From: Bacteroidota bacterium
Lineage (GTDB): Bacteria; Bacteroidota; Bacteroidia; UKL13-3
Length of the DNA stretch: 64,000 bases
Assembly (NCBI GenBank): GCA_027482225.1
Contig: JAIXWD010000009.1
Coordinates: forward strand, 2,484-66,483
Direction of reading: 5' to 3'
Under the pieces are notes generated by a model that did not search any database, was not told where the DNA came from, and saw nothing but the letters and a program-made list of their open reading frames with translations. The translations under genes and the position numbers were made by a program. Of the stretch, positions 60,235 to 64,000 are shown in pieces (position 1 is the stretch's first letter; every line of letters begins with the position of its first letter).

Positions 60235-63200
60235 ATGAAGAACTTTTTATTGATACTGATTTGCTTTGTCTTGTTACAAAGTAATATACATGCACAAAGT
60301 CAACCTTTCGGACATGTAAATGTTGAAGGAAGTGTAAGCCCTATGGGAAGTGCAACGGTTAACATACCTATATACACTCCTGCTGGTCGTCAAGGTATCC
60401 GACCTAGCTTGTCTATTTCTTACAATAGCAGTGGTGGGGCAAGTGGTATGGGTATGGCTTGGTCTTTAAATGCAGTGAGTGCAATATCTCGTACCGGATC
60501 AAATTACCATTTAGATAATGGAATACAGGCAGGTGTTGAGTTAAATGCTCAAGACAAATTTATGCTTGATGGAGAAAGGTTGATATTGGTAAGTGGTACA
60601 TATGGAAGTGCGAGCAGTGTTTACAGAACAGAGCACGATAGGTTTGTAAGAGTAACTTATAATGGAACCGATTTTATTGTTGAAGCAAAAGACGGTGGAA
60701 AAGCATTTTATGGTAATTCGTCTGATAGTAAATTAAACTCTGCTAACACAACAGGTGTTTTTGGTTGGTTTTTAAAACGTAGTTACGATAAATTTGGTAA
60801 CTATACAGAATATACTTACTCTAACATAGAAGGGCAAATATTATTAACCGAAATTAATTATACAGGTTTTGATTGCACATTATTGGGCACGAAAAGTTGC
60901 TCGGGTAATGCTGAGGCTCCATATAATAGAGTAACATTCGAGTACATAAATGCAAATAATAATTTGCAAAAATATTCGACCGGAGGAACATTTAACCAAA
61001 ACAAATTACTAAGTAAAATAGAAACGTTTTCTGCAAGCACAAAGGTAAGGACCTACGAAATGACTTATAGCTTTGACGATGTTAATTATTACTTAGAAGA
61101 AGTTATTGAAAAAAATGGACAAGGTGAAGCCTTGCCAACTGTGGCAATTAATTGGAGTGCCGAAGGTCAAGCATCAAGAAAAACAGGTTATTTATATACG
61201 CACGATGACTATGTTCGTATTCCTGGTGATTTTGATGGGGATGGTAGTAAAGATTTATTAGTTATAAACGGTGAGTTAGACCCATTTAATAATAAGTTTT
61301 TAGGCACTGGAAATGTTATTCAAATATTAAAAAACAATCCTGCTAATTCAGTTTCGACTGTATTTTCATATAGATTGGCAAATTATCAAATCCCATTTAA
61401 TAATGTTGGTGCAATATTGGTTTCTGATGTGGATGCTGATGGTGATGATGATATATTGCTACAAGTATTTGAGTCGAATTATACACTTGGTTCAGGAGGT
61501 TGTTCTCAATCGGATGAATACCGAATTAGTTCTATTACTTTTAGCTACCACTTAATACAATCAAGTTATTTAAATAATAAGTTTAATTACAGTATTACTC
61601 CTAATCACTTTCCTCAAAGGGTACTTAATAACCCGGAGCCTAATCATCATTTGTCAACAGCAGACCAGATGTATAAAAAAATTAACATCATGCCGATGCT
61701 CGGAGATATAGATGGTGATGGGTTGCCTGATTTGATAGAGCGAGAAATGATTGGTGACAGAAGTTTAAGTGGTTGTGCGTCTACCACTCAACCTGCTGTT
61801 CAAAACACCGTACATGCTTATTTAAGTACAAGAAGAAATTTATTAAGTGTGCCAAGCAGGTATGCGAGTTATGGTCCTGTTTCTAAATTAGACTTATACC
61901 CAATGGATTTTAACGGAAATGGTAAGTTAGATTTAATGAATGTATTTACACAGAATGCACAATCTTCCATTTTAGAGTATAATAACATTACTAATTCATT
62001 TACTCACATCTATGGAAATGCTCCACAAGGTTTTCCTACACAATACCATAAATTTATTCAGTTTGGTGATTTTAATGGGGATGGCAAAACTGACCTTCTT
62101 TATTTTATTAATAACAGTTGGCACATTGTATATTCTAATGGTCAAGGATTTCATCAGTACAACGCCTCTAGTCTTTGGTTTCTTCATGGTTATAACGCTG
62201 ACTATTGTGGAATAAGTGGTTTTCACTTTGAATTGGGTGATTATAATGGAGACGGAAGGACAGATATACTTGAGAGGCATAATCACAGCAGTCATAATAG
62301 CCATTCCGGTACTGAGGTCTATATCTATTATTCAACCGGACTTGGTTTCCATAAAAAATATATTGGCAACAATAACCTTACATCGGGTGCAAACAGATAC
62401 ACGGATACAAAGAATATTGTGTCCGATTTTAATGGAGATGGAAAGTCTGATGTATTGATGGGTTATTATATTAACGCCAACACCACAACTGAAATTGCAA
62501 TTGAGTATTTTAACTTAAAGAACAAAAGAGTTTCGGGAATTAATTATTCAGATGTTCATTCGTTTGAGTTCTCATATTCATTATTGAATAAATACAACAA
62601 GTATTTTAGAACAAACGATGCCAATACATTTAGCATGGCCAAAACTGTTAACATACCATTGTATGTAGTAAGCAGTTTTAAGCAAAAAGTTGTAGGATTT
62701 ACAGATGTTGAAATGCAATACAGCTATAAAAATTTACTATACCACACGCATGGTAGAGGATTATTAGGCTTTACTGAAACAGCAACTGTTAAAATTGATG
62801 GTGGAGGCACTAATAGAACTACTATTAGTAAAAATAAGCAGGATGCACAATTGACTTATAAATTAAATACGGTTTCAACCGAGGTATTTAATCATTGTAC
62901 TAATTTAAATAATCCATTCAGTAATGTGCAGAATCCAATTGCTAAAACAACTTTTGAATATGGTGTTACAGAAACCTCGGCTAACTCAAAAACGGTGTTT
63001 CCTTTTTGTAGTTATTTAATAGAAACAGATTATTTAAAGTACACCGAAAAATCAACCTGCTTTAGTTATGATGTTTATGGAAACATGATACATTCTTCTA
63101 CCTTGTATTCAATATTAGGGAATAACAATTCTGTTGAGTACATTCAGTCGGTTGATAATAAATTTGAGCAAAAAGGTACTTGGATTCCTGCCTCCCTATC

Positions 63201-64000
63201 CATAACACGTTCAACCAACATTAGGCAAAATGGTACGCCTAGTTATGTAGTGCAAAAAGAAATAAAAAATAACAATTGGGGAATACCTGTTGAGGTTGAA
63301 AGTTTTAAAAATAACCTTCATTACTATGTAAAAGAGTTAACAAGTTACGACAAATATGGAAACACTGTAACCACATCATTAGATAGCGCCAATAATGCAT
63401 CGGGTAATACTTTTAGAATCAAAATATTTTCTTACAACAATGGTAAAGAGTTAACCAAAGAAACAAACGCTTTAGGCAGCCAAAAAGAAGTTATAATTGA
63501 ACCTATTTATGGAAATATTTTACACACCAAACAGGATGACGGAACTGAAACATCATATCAATACAATACTTGGGGGCAACTAATTGAGGAAACTAATGTT
63601 GGAAATAATATAACCCAAACGATACGTGCTTATGTTTCCTCACCAACCGGAGCTTATTACAAAATAACCAAAATAGGTAATTTGGGTAACTGGGTTACGG
63701 AGTATTACAATGCTCGAAATCAAAAAATTCAGAAAGACTACTCCGGCTTGGGTTTACAAGTTCACAGGCAAAGGTGGATTTATAACACAAGAGGGTTGCT
63801 TGTACAAGAGTCAAATGTATTCCACCCTCAAACAGCTTCGTCAATTAAATGGAATTATTACAGCTACGATGCTTATGATAGATTAAAAGACATAAAATAC
63901 GAAAATACGCTAACTACATACGCTGTTACTTATGATAAAAATGTAACAACAGAAAACAGTGGAGCTAATAGGGTAAAAGAGACACATGTAGATGCCAGTG
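60235..64000 (+). CDS. SpvB/TcB-like N-terminal domain - FG-GAP/VCBS propeller - YD/RHS repeat giant secreted protein (partial, continues past the right edge)
   Basis: Absent from the ORF track because it is open at the edge. I translated the frame from ATG 60235 to 64000 (over 1250 codons) and it is open. It has signal peptide MKNFLLILICFVLLQSNIHAQ and the SpvB-type segment GSATVNIPIYTPAGRQGIRPSLSISYNSSGG..GMAWSL. There are seven DxDGDG-type loops (GDFDGDGSKDLL ... SDFNGDGKSDVL). YD repeats follow (YDVYGNMI, YDKYGNTV, YDAYDRLKDI). Confidence 0.85.
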   Translation, partial: MKNFLLILICFVLLQSNIHAQSQPFGHVNVEGSVSPMGSATVNIPIYTPAGRQGIRPSLSISYNSSGGASGMGMAWSLNAVSAISRTGSNYHLDNGIQAGVELNAQDKFMLDGERLILVSGTYGSASSVYRTEHDRFVRVTYNGTDFIVEAKDGGKAFYGNSSDSKLNSANTTGVFGWFLKRSYDKFGNYTEYTYSNIEGQILLTEINYTGFDCTLLGTKSCSGNAEAPYNRVTFEYINANNNLQKYSTGGTFNQNKLLSKIETFSASTKVRTYEMTYSFDDVNYYLEEVIEKNGQGEALPTVAINWSAEGQASRKTGYLYTHDDYVRIPGDFDGDGSKDLLVINGELDPFNNKFLGTGNVIQILKNNPANSVSTVFSYRLANYQIPFNNVGAILVSDVDADGDDDILLQVFESNYTLGSGGCSQSDEYRISSITFSYHLIQSSYLNNKFNYSITPNHFPQRVLNNPEPNHHLSTADQMYKKINIMPMLGDIDGDGLPDLIEREMIGDRSLSGCASTTQPAVQNTVHAYLSTRRNLLSVPSRYASYGPVSKLDLYPMDFNGNGKLDLMNVFTQNAQSSILEYNNITNSFTHIYGNAPQGFPTQYHKFIQFGDFNGDGKTDLLYFINNSWHIVYSNGQGFHQYNASSLWFLHGYNADYCGISGFHFELGDYNGDGRTDILERHNHSSHNSHSGTEVYIYYSTGLGFHKKYIGNNNLTSGANRYTDTKNIVSDFNGDGKSDVLMGYYINANTTTEIAIEYFNLKNKRVSGINYSDVHSFEFSYSLLNKYNKYFRTNDANTFSMAKTVNIPLYVVSSFKQKVVGFTDVEMQYSYKNLLYHTHGRGLLGFTETATVKIDGGGTNRTTISKNKQDAQLTYKLNTVSTEVFNHCTNLNNPFSNVQNPIAKTTFEYGVTETSANSKTVFPFCSYLIETDYLKYTEKSTCFSYDVYGNMIHSSTLYSILGNNNSVEYIQSVDNKFEQKGTWIPASLSITRSTNIRQNGTPSYVVQKEIKNNNWGIPVEVESFKNNLHYYVKELTSYDKYGNTVTTSLDSANNASGNTFRIKIFSYNNGKELTKETNALGSQKEVIIEPIYGNILHTKQDDGTETSYQYNTWGQLIEETNVGNNITQTIRAYVSSPTGAYYKITKIGNLGNWVTEYYNARNQKIQKDYSGLGLQVHRQRWIYNTRGLLVQESNVFHPQTASSIKWNYYSYDAYDRLKDIKYENTLTTYAVTYDKNVTTENSGANRVKETHVDAS

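Noticed and set aside
62012-62458. Two plus-strand ORFs (67 and 80 aa) and a 102-aa minus-strand ORF (61996-62304) listed inside the last 4 kb
   Set aside because: They are out of frame with, or antisense to, the single long open frame from 60235 to the window end, which carries the SpvB, FG-GAP and YD motifs.

Overview
AT-rich chromosomal segment with hallmarks of a Bacteroidota genome: T9SS C-terminal sorting domains, an HmuY/TonB-receptor locus, a DUF1573 protein, many lipobox envelope proteins and a TAnnTTTG-type promoter box. I count about 58 protein-coding genes, one decayed gene remnant and two tRNAs. Two of the genes are open at the window edges and so are missing from the ORF track. 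I saw no rRNA, CRISPR array, transposase or integrase.

Bases 1-41.4 kb are mostly housekeeping. They hold a split menaquinone set (thioesterase-menF at the left edge, menD-menB at 12.3-14.9 kb) and gltX, metG and hisS. They also hold groES-groEL, citrate synthase, secG, rsfS, birA-coaX, LPS-transport lipoproteins (lptC- and lptE-like), an ABC/MATE/DMT exporter run and an ECF sigma pair.

From about 41.4 kb the content turns accessory:
- a decayed response-regulator remnant
- an 874-aa tandem CbxX/SpoVK-type AAA+ protein with a duplicated unknown N-terminal module
- a tRNA-Ser/tRNA-Pro pair
- a tight three-gene envelope operon of unknown function (secreted protein, PEGA-like lipoprotein fused to a trypsin-fold protease, small beta-barrel)
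- two very large polytopic membrane proteins
- a locus with two HmuY-like proteins around a TonB-dependent receptor, one of them carrying a T9SS tail
- an XRE / DUF1573 / mini RHS-T9SS / SpvB-FG-GAP-RHS giant toxin-like locus that runs off the right edge

The best candidates for something undescribed are the 45.1-49.0 kb envelope operon, with or without the neighbouring AAA+ protein, and the 58.9-64 kb RHS locus. All assignments rest on reading motifs by eye. No searches were run, and hairpin coordinates are approximate.
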